A program made the position numbers and the translations under genes. The notes under the pieces were generated by a model. The model searched no databases. It saw nothing but the letters and a program-made list of their open reading frames with translations, and had not been told where the DNA came from. This document shows positions 1 to 13,641 of a DNA stretch of 64,000 bases, piece by piece. Each line of letters begins with the position of its first letter. Position 1 is the stretch's first letter. Origin of the DNA: Octopus vulgaris (taxonomy: Eukaryota); contig OX597815.1 of the NCBI GenBank assembly GCA_951406725.2, forward strand, positions 81,282,001 through 81,346,000, in the 5' to 3' direction.

Positions 1-100
1 TAGGCTTATGAAGAATAAGTCTTGGGAGTCGATTTTCTTTGACTAAAACTCTTTAAGGTGATGCTCCAGCATGATTGCAGTTTAATGACTGAAACTAGAA
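1..100 (+). mobile_element. SINE family A, 3' fragment truncated by window edge
   Basis: taggctta..aagaataagtcttgggagtcgat..gactaaa..aaggtgatgctccagcatg..gactgaaac matches the 3' part of the full copies at 20050 and 57084. Confidence 0.8.
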
Positions 101-349
101 TAATATATGCACTGTTCTACAAGTCTTTATGCAACCAAGACTGAAGAATTGATCTCTGACAAAGCTTTAGCAAAGACTGAAACTAGTCAGGCATCCTTTC
201 TGTTCAATTTTTTTCCCCTGACCACAGAGAGAGAAAAAAAAATTGTAGTTTAGCCAGTGTCTACTTTTCATAAGGCTAACTTGTATAATTTGCTAATGAA
301 AAGTAAAAGAGATTCATCTGAATGTTTTATATTGTATCTTTTATCCATA

Positions 350-525
350 ACTTGTTTCAGTCATTGGACTACAGCCATGCTGGGGGCACTGCTTTGCTAA
401 ATGATGGTGAGAGAAAAAACATGGATACATATACACATATGAACATGGGTTTCTTGCAGTTTCTGTCTACCAAATCCACTTACAAAGCTTTGCTTGGCCT
501 GGGACTATAATACAAGAAACTCGCA
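350..525 (-). mobile_element. SINE family A, degenerate internally deleted copy
   Basis: ttgtttcagtcatt..ccatgctgg and ctaccaaatccacttacaaagctttg are reverse-complement family A blocks. Confidence 0.7.
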
Positions 526-834
526 CAAAATAACAAGAATGGTAGCATTGACCATTGATTGGCTCAACTCTTTTCTTTGGTAGGGGAGAGAAAGGGGGTT
601 ATTCCATCATGCCCACCTTTCTTCACTAGAATAACTCATTAAGGATTATCTTATGTCAAAATGGTGTAATTTCAATTAATAATGATTACTCGACTCCAAA
701 CATTAAATTCCATTAACATCAACAGTTCTCTGTATGAAGTTGTATATCTCTCCCATGAACTTACTACATGTCTAGGACAAGATTTTAACCAAATAATATT
801 TATCATAACAACCCTTAATTCACTTGACTCTCTG

Positions 835-1050
835 GAACTCAGATTACTCTGTCAAATGTAAAGCTCATTTATTTACATTGTTTTGTATTAATCATGCCTT
901 ATCTCCTATGTTCAACAATTCAATATGATTGTTTATTTTCAGAATGACTTTGCAGGGCATGTGTGGGAGGTAAGATCTGGCTGGTAAGAACCATGTAAGA
1001 CAGGTAGAATATTTGGGCTGGATAAAGCCAATTAAAATGCAAAAGGACTA
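835..1050 (-). mobile_element. piggyBac-like MITE family E, degenerate
   Basis: Reverse-complement similarity to 7156-7374 (cagattactctgtcaaatgtaa ... ggtagaatatttgggctggata). Confidence 0.65.
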
Positions 1051-1770
1051 AACTTTAAATGGGCAAGACCTACTGATCAGGCCATAAGACAACTAGCCCG
1101 AAACAGGTTTGAACTCATTATCTGATCAACATTTCAGTACCTTCGCCCTCTCAGCTACTTAACTTTCTTTTCCATTTATTTGTTTCTGTCACATTAATAG
1201 ATGACGGAAAACGAACATTTAGTACAATTGCAAGATACCGGTGCACTTGAAAAAATTCCAGTTCAAAATTCTAACTACTATTAATAAAAACTTTTCCTAT
1301 ACATAGATAAAAATAGGAAAATTTACATAGAACATAATCTAAGAGTGTGTGTGTGTGTGTTTATAATCATTTCTTTGCCATTTGTTGCTTTATTTACTTT
1401 ATCTATTTAATATTTTATAATACAGTAAATTTGATTTGTCACCAGGGCATACAGTTAAAGAAATAATACAATGAAAATAACGCTAAGAGAACAAAAAAAA
1501 CAAGACATGAAAAGTGATTTTCTTTCAAATGCCAACCCACTCTACCCTTCTTCAAAAAGGTGTGTAAGTGTATGCACATGTGTGTATGTGTTTATATGAA
1601 TATAGACATATATATATATATGTACATATACATACACACATACAGAGAATGAAGTGAAGCAAGTTCACATTGAAATAACAACCGCATCTACAAGAGGAAC
1701 GAAAACTCGGCTGCAGATTGTTGTTATACAACAGAAATATAATTGACTAATACCTACAATAATAATAAAT

Positions 1771-1774
<4 letters not shown>

Positions 1775-1838
<64 letters not shown>

Positions 1839-1855
1839 TGTATGTATGTATGTAT
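1775..1855. repeat. (TA)n-(TATG)n microsatellite
   Basis: Directly visible tandem repeat. Confidence 0.95.
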
Positions 1856-2368
1856 AAAATAATGGCAGAACATTTATTTACATAAATCCTGAAATTATGT
1901 GAATGTATGTGTGTGAAAGATAAAGTTTATATTTATGAGAAAAATAGGGAGGGTGGGTGGCGGCCATGAAAAAGGTCTTCAGAAACAAAAACAATAAATA
2001 TATATATATATATATATGTCTGTATATATATAAAATAGTGCATTAAAGTTGTATTTAAATAAACAGAAATGACATGGCATAAATGCTGTGGTGGTGACGG
2101 AAGGAGAGAAAGAAGCCAATGAGGTAGATATATGTGTGTGTATGTGTATGTTGTGTCTTCTTCCACATCCCATTTCTTCATACTACTACTACTACTACCA
2201 CCACCACCACCACCACCGTTACTATAAAATATCAACCCCCCCCACCCACCTCCTTGTTAAGATTACCACCACACAGACCAATTATATTGGGTAATGTGAA
2301 AAGCAGTATTTTTATAAACTCTTGCAGAAAGGCCAGTGTGGGAACTTCTTACAAGCATACACACACAG

Positions 2369-2518
<150 letters not shown>

Positions 2519-2924
2519 ATACAAATAGACAAACCAGCATACACACACACACATTGTATAAATGCACAATCATTACACAAATAGTCTTACACACAAAAGA
2601 CTGATGATCTTGGATTGTTCAGTGTGAGGGTGTCATGGGAGGGGCGCCAGTAAAGGGAGGAGATATTACTTACTGACTGCAGTATTTCGTTAAGCTTTCT
2701 TTCAATTAATTCAATACACACACAAACACATCTGAGAAGGAACGGCATTTCTTTTTAATATTTGCAAATAACTGCAGAGCATCTCCACAAATTATAACTA
2801 GTAACTAACTGCCGCCAAGTCACATGCTTTTAATCCTTGAGTCCCAACTAAATCACACACACCATTAACAGTAGCTTTCATCAGGATACATAATACTTTA
2901 ATTATGGACATTGTTGTGGTTGTA

Positions 2925-3313
2925 CAGGCACAGACATTTCCAATTGCTGGATTCCGGGTTCAATACCACCACGTCAAACCATGGGCAAGTGTCTTCTGCT
3001 GCAGCCTAAAGTTGACTGAAGCTTTGAGAGTGAATTTGGTAGATGGAAACTGAAAGAAGCCTTATGTATATATTTATGTCTGTGTGTGTGTGTGCGTATG
3101 TAGGTATGTGTCTCCTTATCTTGAAACTGCGTGGTTGTAGTAAACGAACCTAGTATCTTATTAAACATCTTCTAGCCACAAGGAAATATTACCTTGTTTG
3201 GAAACGGAAGATCAGGTGACAGGCAGGGCATCTGTCCGTAGAAAATTCTGTCTCAATAAAACGGAGTCTGAGTCATACAAGCACAGAAAAGCAGAAGTTA
3301 GAAAGATGATGAT
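2925..3313 (+). mobile_element. SINE with family A head/body and RTE-type (GAT)n tail
   Basis: ccgggttcaat..gggcaagtgtcttctgct..tttggtagatggaaactgaaagaagcc, then gggcatc..gtagaaaa..gttagaaagatgatgat. Confidence 0.65.
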
Positions 3314-5645
3314 AGTCTATGTGGCCTCGTGATGGGGTTAGTGGCTGGCTCATCATGAACGTTGTCTAAGAGAAAGATGAACAGATAAAATTTTCTACAA
3401 ATTGTAACATAGGACTCTGTGTGTGTGTGTGTGTGTGTGTCTTTCACAGCAACCTTCACCATGCATAGTAGCATGTTGCTCGCTCCTGAAATGAAGCATT
3501 AGCACAGCTCAACTTCCTGTCTTGTTTTTCTTGTGTGTTTCAAATCACCGGAACTTTCAAAAATTCAAACTCAACATTAATTAGCTATATCACATATCAA
3601 TCCAGTTAGTTTAGATGAGGCTTGAAATTGCTACGAGCACTACTCTGTCACTACACACACCCAGCTGACTTATAAAAATAAATTATTTAATTCTTAAGCT
3701 AATTGAAAGCAGCTGGATACCCACACTGCAAATATTAATAAGTTAACTACACTAACCAGTCGACAAAATTCTCACTTTGACACAAGTGACTGAATGGACT
3801 TGAAACAAGAGGACGCCCACTATATCAGTTACTACTTCCACCACCACAACTCTACTAACATCCTAGGCTCAAATGCACTGACTGTAATTCAGAGATCAAT
3901 TATCTATCAAAGCAGCACATATTCAACATATCAATGATACAGCTTAGACACTTTTAATTCATAATGTTCAGCTGAAAGCTTAACCACTTGCCTGTTCTAG
4001 ATAACCCTTATCTTGTAGGTTCTGACTAATAGGAAAGCTTTCTTTTCGGAGGCTCCAAGTTAATCTTGTGGTTGAAAAAAATTAAGAATGTGTATCATAT
4101 ATGAGGCATGGATGTCTGGAAAGTATGTTCTGTGTATCACATGTAATATACAGTATAGGCAAAGGTTTAAATTATAGACTCCACCCAACTTATTTTTTTA
4201 AATACATCACTGCAATAGCACAAACATTACACATTAATATTCCTACCATTGCTATAATAGTTTCCTATAATGTTTATGTTGAGGAAAGTAAGGGGAGGTG
4301 AGCTAAACCCATTAAGATTTAACATGAAAAAAAAAAACAAAAATTCAAAGCCCTATATTTGCTCTCATGGGTCCTTAGTAATGGGTTTATTGTGCTAAAC
4401 GATACAATATAAATGCAAATGGTTAAAATGTATCCGAAGGACCATAGAGCTTTCATAAAGGCTAATAATTAGTCCTGTTTTCAAGAAGATAAGCATACAT
4501 TTGAGACGGGATCAGATTTTGGAATATAATAGCAGACTATCACAGGGAACATTCTCAGACGGTCTGGTGTCTATTTCAGACATGACAGCTAGGTAGAAAG
4601 TAATGTACACAAATTAAAGCCCATGGTTTGTATATGTAAATACCCCCTTCCGCACACATACGCACCAAGGGGATTTTAATCCCTCCTTCTATGTTTGGGT
4701 CTAGGCTTTATTCTGAAGAGATGAAAGACAAATTGCCCTCTTGAGAGCAAGCCGATCTAGATCTATCTTGCATAATGATTTCAAATGGTCTAAGAGGCAT
4801 GTAAACTAATTAAGTGTACTGCTTTCACATACACAATCACCTGCAACAGATTTGAACAGCAGGCCAATGATTTGGTAAGTATTCCTAACACCATGTCGTT
4901 TATTCACTTCATGGGCGTATGTTAAGGAGCAAGTAACCAGGCCTTCTATGGAGAGAGAGAGTGGGAAGAAGAGTGTGTGTGTGTGTATGTTAGGGTGTAA
5001 CTTGAAACTGACTGACCAGCCTTTAATTGCCTCCAAAAGGACTTGTCCATGAAAATCGCAGCAAAGCAATGGTACATATGCTGAATCAGAACTGGTGCAG
5101 ACATTGGAGGATATTTTATGGGTAAAATAGATGAAACAGAAGCCCTAGGCAAGGAACCTTTATAATAATTCTTGCTTCACTCAACTTCAACAAGTAAAAA
5201 GATGAAAAGCAAAAAATAAATAAATAAAAAAAAGCAAAAAGTAAATAAATGGCACAGCCTCTTCACCACATCTCAGTTGTGTGGTTAGAGCGTGTTAAGG
5301 TTGATATCCAGCTGTAATAACATACTTCTGTAACGCGCGCGCACACACTGACACACACACATTTAAACTCATACACACCACAACAGAGTTTAAACAAAAC
5401 ATACACATACGCATTACATTTATGCAATGTAAACAACCCACTCAAACACACAAACGCAATATAATTAATAAAAATATTTATAAAAATATCAATGAGCTAG
5501 TATACTTGTGTGTGCACATGCACACATGTAAGAATGTGTACACCCCCCTCCCAACAACGGCTTTGCTTATTATTTCATATTCAAAACCATTAAAATGTTC
5601 AACACACATTTACACTTGTGGGTGGAAATGTGTAAAGTGTGGCGA

Positions 5646-5689
<44 letters not shown>

Positions 5690-5929
5690 TACACACACAA
5701 GTATATCTGTGTATGTGTATTAGCTGAGGTTAATATTCTCTTCAGTAGTGCCAGCTCATCTTCGTCCTAAACAACACTAGCTTAACCTTCTTGCAGATCT
5801 ACATTATCCAATATGTTCCACAATAATCAAGATGGTAGTGAGTGATCTGACAGTAATTGGCTGCTATTTCTTCTCTAACTGCTTGAGAAACCATTTGGAG
5901 GTTCACTTCTTGTAATATACCTTATTATA

Positions 5930-6290
5930 GCAAAGACTGGTGGATGGTACAATCAAAAGAAAACATAAGTCTTGTGGTGTTTAATACCATCCCCTATATG
6001 TTCTGAGATCAAATTCTGAAGTTGAGGTCAACTTTACCTTTCATCCTTCTGGTATAATTAAGATCAAGTCCCAGTAATATTATTGGGGGATAATTAGAAA
6101 TCCCCTATTCTCTCCCTGTACCTCAATTTGTGACCTTATGCTATGCTAGAAATCATCATCATTATTATTACGTAAATAGTAGAATTAGTAGGAGCGTTGA
6201 ACCAAAGTTTTCTGAATTCAAATACTACCAGCTTCAGTTTTCTGTCATATTTCTGGGAAACAAAGAAATAACTACCAGTTATATATCAAG
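5930..6290 (+). mobile_element. SINE family B, two degenerate copies
   Basis: gttctgag..tcaaattc..gaggtcaactttacctttcatccttctgg core and ATT-rich tail. Confidence 0.6.
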
Positions 6291-6364
6291 GTTGATTTAA
6301 TGAACTGTTTCCTCACAGCCTTGAGGCAATAATAGAAATCATTATCATCAACGTCAATAATAAT

Positions 6365-6595
6365 CCTTTCCTTTATGAGCACAAGGCCTGAAATTTTAGA
6401 AGAGGGGTCTAGTCGATTACATTTCTCAACTAAATTATTGGTCTCAAATTTTGGCACAAGGCCAGCAGTTTGGGGGAGGGGGTAAATTGTCAAAATCGAC
6501 CCTGGTGGAATTTGAACTCAAAATGTAAAGACGGATGAAATGCCACTAAGTATTTCTTCTGGTGCGCAAGTTATTCTGCCAGCTCACAACCTTTC
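6365..6595 (-). mobile_element. SINE family B, reverse-orientation pieces
   Basis: ggaatttgaactcaaaatgtaaagacggatgaaatgccactaag..ttctgccagctcac is the reverse complement of the family B head. Confidence 0.75.
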
Positions 6596-7155
6596 TTTCT
6601 CAACTAATTAATTACTGCCAGTCTGTTTTACTTTTTACCGAAAGTCTAGAGTATGACCAGAAGCAGCTGTAATGGATTGAACTCATCATCTGTACGCTGC
6701 AACACCAACACACAACCCATTTCAATGTAGCGCTAACTATTATCTTCGTTTCATTGTTGTAAGCACTCTTGGCTTTGTCCTATCTATAATAAACCAATTA
6801 ATTATGAAATAATAAAAACCTGATTGTCTGCTAAGCAAAAGCAGTAATACTAATTAACTTTAACTGTGTGTATGTGTGTGCACGCATAACTATGTGCAAG
6901 TATGCATGTGTAAGTTTTACAACAGCATAATTCATCATAGAAGAATACAACCAAGAACTCAATATGTGCAATATAAAAAATCTGGAGTTTGAGGTCTTTA
7001 GCAAAGATAAAAATTATAGGAAACTTATACCATTAATCATAGGAGAAATTGAGATATTTTTGATTATCTAATTTGTTGTTAATAATAGCTATAGCAAATT
7101 TGTTTTTGCTTGTTTCATATTTAAATTGTGCCTTATTCTTTTTAAGTTTCCTTAA

Positions 7156-7374
7156 CTCTGTAGCATTTAAACCAGCCATATTCAGCCAAAATATTCATTC
7201 TACCTGCTTATGGTCAGACCCGGCACCTTGCACCAATCTTACAATATTATTCTGAAAATTAACAGTTAACCTCATTAGAAGTCTCAAAGCTACAAAATAA
7301 TGCATTAGTAATTCAAAATAATGTGAATAAATAAGCATTACTTTTGATAGAAGAATAATGTGAGTGTCAAAGGG
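7156..7374 (+). mobile_element. piggyBac-like MITE family E
   Basis: Preceded by TTAA (7152-7155), ends aaaggg then ttat; same body as 30541 and 42474 copies. Confidence 0.75.
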
Positions 7375-8002
7375 TTATATCAAAGTTGGTCTGTTTTGAA
7401 ACTAGATATTTTTGAAGGAAAAAAAACATGTTGAAATGGCCTTATTAAAAATTTATAAACTCTCAGTGTCTTAAGTGATTGTGAATTCATAATTTTGATT
7501 TTCCTTTGACAAGTGGGACCGGCTAGAATGAAACAATGGCACCATTGTAAGAACGATAAATTTGAATAATGAAATACATACACATATAACCCATGCACAT
7601 ACAAATTACACACATACACACACATGTACACACTTATATACATATATATCACATATACATATACACCTGCCACATCGAAACATCCTTTTCTGAGCATGAG
7701 GATACAGAAATCCTTCTGAATTCCAGCATGTAAACAATTCATTGTCACTGCTCAGCCTCACACCCTTCCCAATGAAAACTACTCCAGGCATTACCATCAT
7801 GCCTTTTTTAGGAGTATGTAGTGTATAGGGATATACTATATGTGTCCATCCAATACTGGAGTTGAATGAAATGTGGCTATTATTTCTAGCACATCAAATG
7901 ACCAAGTAGAAATCCCCTTGTTTTCTTGGGAGTTGTCTTTCCCGTGTATTATGGACTAAACATCAACTAAAAAACATCACAAATCTTTTCTTTATTATTA
8001 TT

Positions 8003-8410
8003 AAAGTGGGGAGCTGGCAGAATTTTTAGCATATCAAACAAAATGCTTAACGGCATTTCGTCTGTCTTTACACCCCCAAGTCTGACTTTGCCCTTCACCC
8101 TTTCAGGATTGATAAAATACCCGTGAAATACTGAGATTGATGAAATCAATTTATTCCCTCCCCGAAACTGTGCCAAAATTTGAATTATTATTATTATTAT
8201 TATTATTATTATCATCATTATTATTAAGGTGACAAGCAAACAGAATTGTTACTGCAACAGATAAGATAGTGGCATTTCTCCCAGCTCTTTACATTCTTAG
8301 TTCAATTTCTGCCAAGGTCCACTTTACTAGTCAAATACTGCAGAGGGTGGGGTTCTGATATAATTGACTAGCCTCACATCCCATCAAAATTTCAGGCCTT
8401 GTACTTTTAA
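8003..8410 (+). mobile_element. SINE family B, two tandem copies separated by (ATT)n
   Basis: gagctggcagaat..aaatgcttaacggcatttcg..gactttgccc; (ATT)n at about 8184-8225; second degenerate head follows. Confidence 0.75.
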
Positions 8411-10019
8411 TAATAATCATTATTATTTGTCCAACCCATGCCAACATGGAAAAGAGATGTATGACGATGATTATTACTATTATTATCATCATTATATAAC
8501 ACCGAGAGTGAGGGCATTCATACACTTTGCTCAGATCAATTATGAAAGCATCTACAGTTTACATTGGTTTGGCAATTAAATTACATTTATTGTTTAATTA
8601 AACCTAAGACTGAATGGTGAATGCACGTTCAGATTTTCAAAACAAAGCTAAAATATTTAAAATGCCTACGACTACTCATGTGAGAGAGAGAAAAAAAACA
8701 ACATAAATAGAATGCCTATGCACACATGTTCACACACTCCTTTAGTGTATGCATAAACACACACATATACAACCATGTGTATATATACATACACACACAC
8801 ACACACACTTGCATACACACATACATATAAACAATTATTAATTTACCCATCCACTTCCGTTTCTCTCTGGTTCTACTTACCTAACAATTTACAGACCCAC
8901 CCTTTTTGTTTGATCTGTCTGTTTTCTGTCACTCTTACTCCTTCCTTCCTTCCCCACTCTTTCTTCTCATTACTCAAACAATCATCAATATTAACAATCA
9001 CACACTCCTTGAAAACAGCTGAGCTCTCGTTTTTCCCAGAGAGCAATTCATATATTCATCCAGTCAGCAGATTTCAAAAGTTTCACACACACACACACAA
9101 AACAACAACGAACACAATCCCATTCACACATCAATGACAAAAACACATAAGCACAAAACAAAATAATTATAAAACTAATAATATTAATAATCATAACAAC
9201 CACCACCAATTAAAACACACTAACAGAGTCAAATACATGCACACACACACACACACACACACAGTTACAAAGAGACTGACAATGATAAAGTACCATATAA
9301 AACATGTAAATACACACAGAATATAATAGCATAAACACAATCACACAATACACAGGCATACAGATACATAAATGCCAGGGCACTTTCACACACACACGGA
9401 ATCAAACAGCACAACTTGGGTGAGGTGTAGGATGAGGGGAGAGATGGCATTGAACAAGCCATAGAGAGAGAGAGAGTGGAGGATAGAGAGCGAGAGAGAG
9501 AGAAAAAGCGAGAAATAAACAGGATAAAGGTCAAGGTGAAAGCCAGCTCAGCTCATCTGAACAGTCTGCAGGAAACCCTACCCCCCTATTTTGCCACTCA
9601 GAAGCTGTTTGCTTCCGCCATAGTTATATTTAGCATGCTGATAGCCAGATAGTCAGTTAGTTATCCGTCGTTTGCTATTCTATTCTCATAGAAAGAAGAG
9701 TGCTTCAGAGGAACAGGAAAAATAGAAATTAATACAGATGAGAGTGTGTGAGTGGATTGTGGGTGTCCAAACTAGGTCTGAAAGCCTTTTGGACACTCAA
9801 CGTTAGAGGCCAAATGGTTGTGACACCTTACACCACATGTCTGCTTTCACTGTATGGTTGGTTTTCTCTTTTTTTTTTTTGTGTGGGAAAGGGTGATTAC
9901 AGTTACACACACACAGAGGTTTAGTTGATGTCATTAATAAATCTATAAACCTTCAAGAGAACATGAAAGTTTCTTTTTGGAATAGTAGGATCTCAAAGAA
10001 CATGTAAAGCTATAAAGAA

Positions 10020-10210
10020 TCTTACTGTAGGCATAAGGGGGTGGGGTAGTAGTCAATTACATTGACCATTGGTGTTTAAATGGTACTTATTTCATCGAGA
10101 CCTCAAAAGTATGAAAGGCAAAGCCAACCCCGGCAGAATTTGAACTCAGAACATGAAGCAGAAAAAAAATAGCGCTGAGCATGCTAACGATTCTACCATC
10201 TTGCTGCCTT
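10020..10210 (-). mobile_element. SINE family B
   Basis: atgaaaggcaaagcc..cggcagaatttgaactcagaac..gcatgctaacgattctacca; (TAA)n adjacent. Confidence 0.8.
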
Positions 10211-10220
10211 TTACTTTCCT

Positions 10221-10256
<36 letters not shown>

Positions 10257-10390
10257 GTTTTAACATCAACCTTAACATACGTGCATGAGTCAGATGAGAC
10301 TATGCTGGAGAAGAGTTTTCTCTGACCACATGCAAATCCAGATGATGATGATCACCTGTTTCTATCAAACAATTAACAGTCTCTCTCTCT

Positions 10391-10596
10391 TTACTCTCTT
10401 ACTTGCTTGCTTCAGTCATTTGACTGCGGCCATGCTGGAGCACCGCCTTTAGTCGAGCAAATCGACCCTGGGACTTATTCTTTGTAAGCCCAGTACTTAT
10501 TCTATCGGTCTCTTTTGCCGAACCGCTAAGTGACGGGGACGTAAACATACCAGCATCGGTTGTCAAGCAATGCTAGGGGGACAAACAGACACGCAA

Positions 10597-10643
<47 letters not shown>

Positions 10644-10808
10644 TACGACGGCCTTCTTTCAGTTTCCGTCTACCAAATCCACTCACAAGGCATTGGTCGG
10701 CCCGGGTCTATAGCAGAAGACACTTGCCCAAGGTGCCACGCAGTGGGACTGAACCCGGAACCATGTGGTTGGTTAGCAAGCTACTTACCACACAGCCACT
10801 CCTGCGCC
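10391..10808 (-). mobile_element. SINE family A, full-length young copy
   Basis: tRNA-like head with A box TGGCTGTGTGG and B box GGTTCAGTCCC, CORE-like ccttgggcaagtg, internal (TA)n, tail gactgaa..agtaa; near-identical to 20050 and 57084. Confidence 0.93.
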
Positions 10809-10894
10809 TGGAAATGGTTTCACTAAGAACTAGAAACACATCTTATGATTCTTTTGATTTGCTGTTAGCAACCACATGAAGATGAGAAGTACAA

Positions 10895-11123
10895 ACACAC
10901 CCACCCATGCCAGCACCACATAAAAAGAACCCATGCTGGCACCACGTAAGAAACACCCAGTACATTCTGTAGTTGTTGGCATTAGGATGGGCATCCAGCC
11001 ATAGAAACCATGCCAAAACAGACAACCGGAATCCGGTGCAATCCTCGGGATTGGCAGCTCCTGTCAAACTGTTTGACCCATGACAGCATGGATCACAGAC
11101 ATTAAATGATATTGAGGATGACA
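10895..11123 (+). mobile_element. RTE-type 3' UTR fragment / non-autonomous element
   Basis: gttggcattaggatgggcatccagccatagaaac..cccatg..agcatgga..acattaaatgat; multicopy in window. Confidence 0.75.
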
Positions 11124-12140
11124 TGAATTTCAGTCACAAGGTTAGTGGTCGACCATGCATGTTTTAATACAGGACATTAGCTGATGGTATCCATCCAGCA
11201 GGACAGATTCCCTAACCAGATTATAGCAAGCTAGTTTTTTTTTTTTTTTTTTTTTTTTTTGTCCAATAGCATCCCAATGATTTTATTGTAAACCAACTAG
11301 GTAGCTGATATAAAGCTATTTTGTAACTCACACTAGGAGGATAGTTACAAGAATTGGAATTTAAAAGTCAAAGATGCTCTCTTAAGATTTAGGGCAGACT
11401 CCCCACCACTACCATCTCTTTATTAGGATAAAATAAAAGGAAAACTAGAATGGAAAAAATGCAAAAGAAAAAAATACAAAGCAAAACAAAAATAAAATAA
11501 AGCAAAAAAAAAATTAAAATTAAAAAGGAAAGGAAGGAAATTTAGCATCTCAGGTGATTCAAATCAATTTTGCCAATCAAATAGTGAATAAGCAGCAGAA
11601 GAGAGAATCTAGAAACCAGAAACTGATACTACAAAAGAACTGGAAACTTTAAAAGCCATCAGAGGAAATAGAGAGAATTTTAATCATTTTCATATTTGCA
11701 ATAATAAAACCGGAAAAAAAAAAAAAAAGAATCTAAAAAAAATAAAAATTAAAAAATCTCAAATAATTTTGGAATTTTTAATAAATGCACATATTTTGGG
11801 GGCAAATTAAATGAATTTCATTGGTGTGCTTAATATATTGATTCATCTATGCATATACACACACGCATGCACGCACGCACACATCCCGATGCTGATAATC
11901 ATGCAGAAATTTATATGAATACTGACACATATGCACATGGCTTCATACAAAGGCATGATGTTTCACAATTTACCCGGGAAAGTGGTATGTTATGCGATAA
12001 TTGTGATGCTTACATCTTCCCTGTGGGCACCAGTAAAATATGCACCTAGGGTTTCAGAGCTACATAGCAAAAACAATGTACCTGAAATTCTTCAGAATAC
12101 ATACATACTTTCATATTCATTATGATTACATACAGACCCG

Positions 12141-12151
12141 TGTGTGTGTGC

Positions 12152-12200
<49 letters not shown>

Positions 12201-12323
12201 CACACATACATAAATACATACATATATAAATATATGGCCACAGCTCATAAGCTGAAACTAGAATCAATCAATCAATCAATCATATACATACATAAATACA
12301 TATAAATATACATACATACATAC

Positions 12324-12364
<41 letters not shown>

Positions 12365-12399
12365 CATAAATACATATAAATATACATACATACATATGA

Positions 12400-12430
<31 letters not shown>

Positions 12431-12745
12431 CATAAATACATATATACATACATAAATACATATAAATATACATACATACATATAAATATACATACATACA
12501 TACATATAAATATACATACATACATATAAATATACATACATACATATAAATATACATACATATATATATATATATATACATACATAAATACATATAAATA
12601 TACATACATACATATAAATATATACATACATAAATACATATAAATATACATACATACATATAAATATATATATATATATATATATATGAATATACATAAA
12701 TACATATAAATATACATAAACACAAAACATACATACATACACACT
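12141..12745. repeat. Compound AT-rich micro/minisatellite (catataaatatacatacata-like units)
   Basis: Recurrent TACATATAAA and TACA units interspersed with (TA)n. Confidence 0.92.
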
Positions 12746-13509
12746 CATGCTCATTATGCTGACATACAGACTGTGTGTGTGTGTGTATATATATTATAAA
12801 TACACACACACATTACACACATGTTAAATTTATGTCAAAGACATTGTTTTAGTATTTAAAATTAAAATAAACATTAATAAATCAAACGATGACAGATAAT
12901 GAATAAAAAAAAGAAAACCATGGCAATTATTAAATTTCTTTTCAGTGAATTCTTCACAGTTCTTCTTTCTACAGTCCAACCCTTCTTCTCCCCACTGGCA
13001 CTTCGCGAAACTCACCCCCACCCCTCCACTTCATGCATATACTCTCCATGGCTTGAGCTCTCATCTCAACATAACATCCATGCAAACCACTACCAACCAC
13101 CAACACTACCTATCACCCACGATACACCTCCATCACTGCAATTGTTATATAATCGACATCAAGATCTTTGTTCTGCATTTACCACCACCGCCGCCAAGAC
13201 CAGCAACTCCATCATCACCACTGCTGCCACCACACCATTTGTATTTCCCATCTCCCAACCTTATCAATCCTGTTCTAGACCCTACCCAATACTATCGTTT
13301 GCACACACATCCCCCCTATTGTAATCGTTCCTCCACCTCTCATTCTAGACAGCCACCTCTTCCATGCCACACACACGTAAACACACAAAAGTATGCAGTC
13401 AACTCAACTACAAAGACAAAATGCACATCACTACACATGCTGCACATGTGTATACACTATATACATATAAATATATACGTGAGTGTGTGTGCACATATCC
13501 GTCTCTCTC

Positions 13510-13602
13510 TGTACACACACACACACATACATGTATGTATGTATATATATATATATATATACATACATCTATGTATATATATATATATATATATGTATGT
13601 AT

Positions 13603-13640
<38 letters not shown>
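13510..13640. repeat. (CA)n/(TA)n microsatellite
   Basis: Directly visible. Confidence 0.9.

Positions 13641-13641
<1 letters not shown>

Noticed and set aside
4850-4880. Plus-strand microexon ending TTG|GTAAGT
   Set aside because: No polypyrimidine tract and no supporting context
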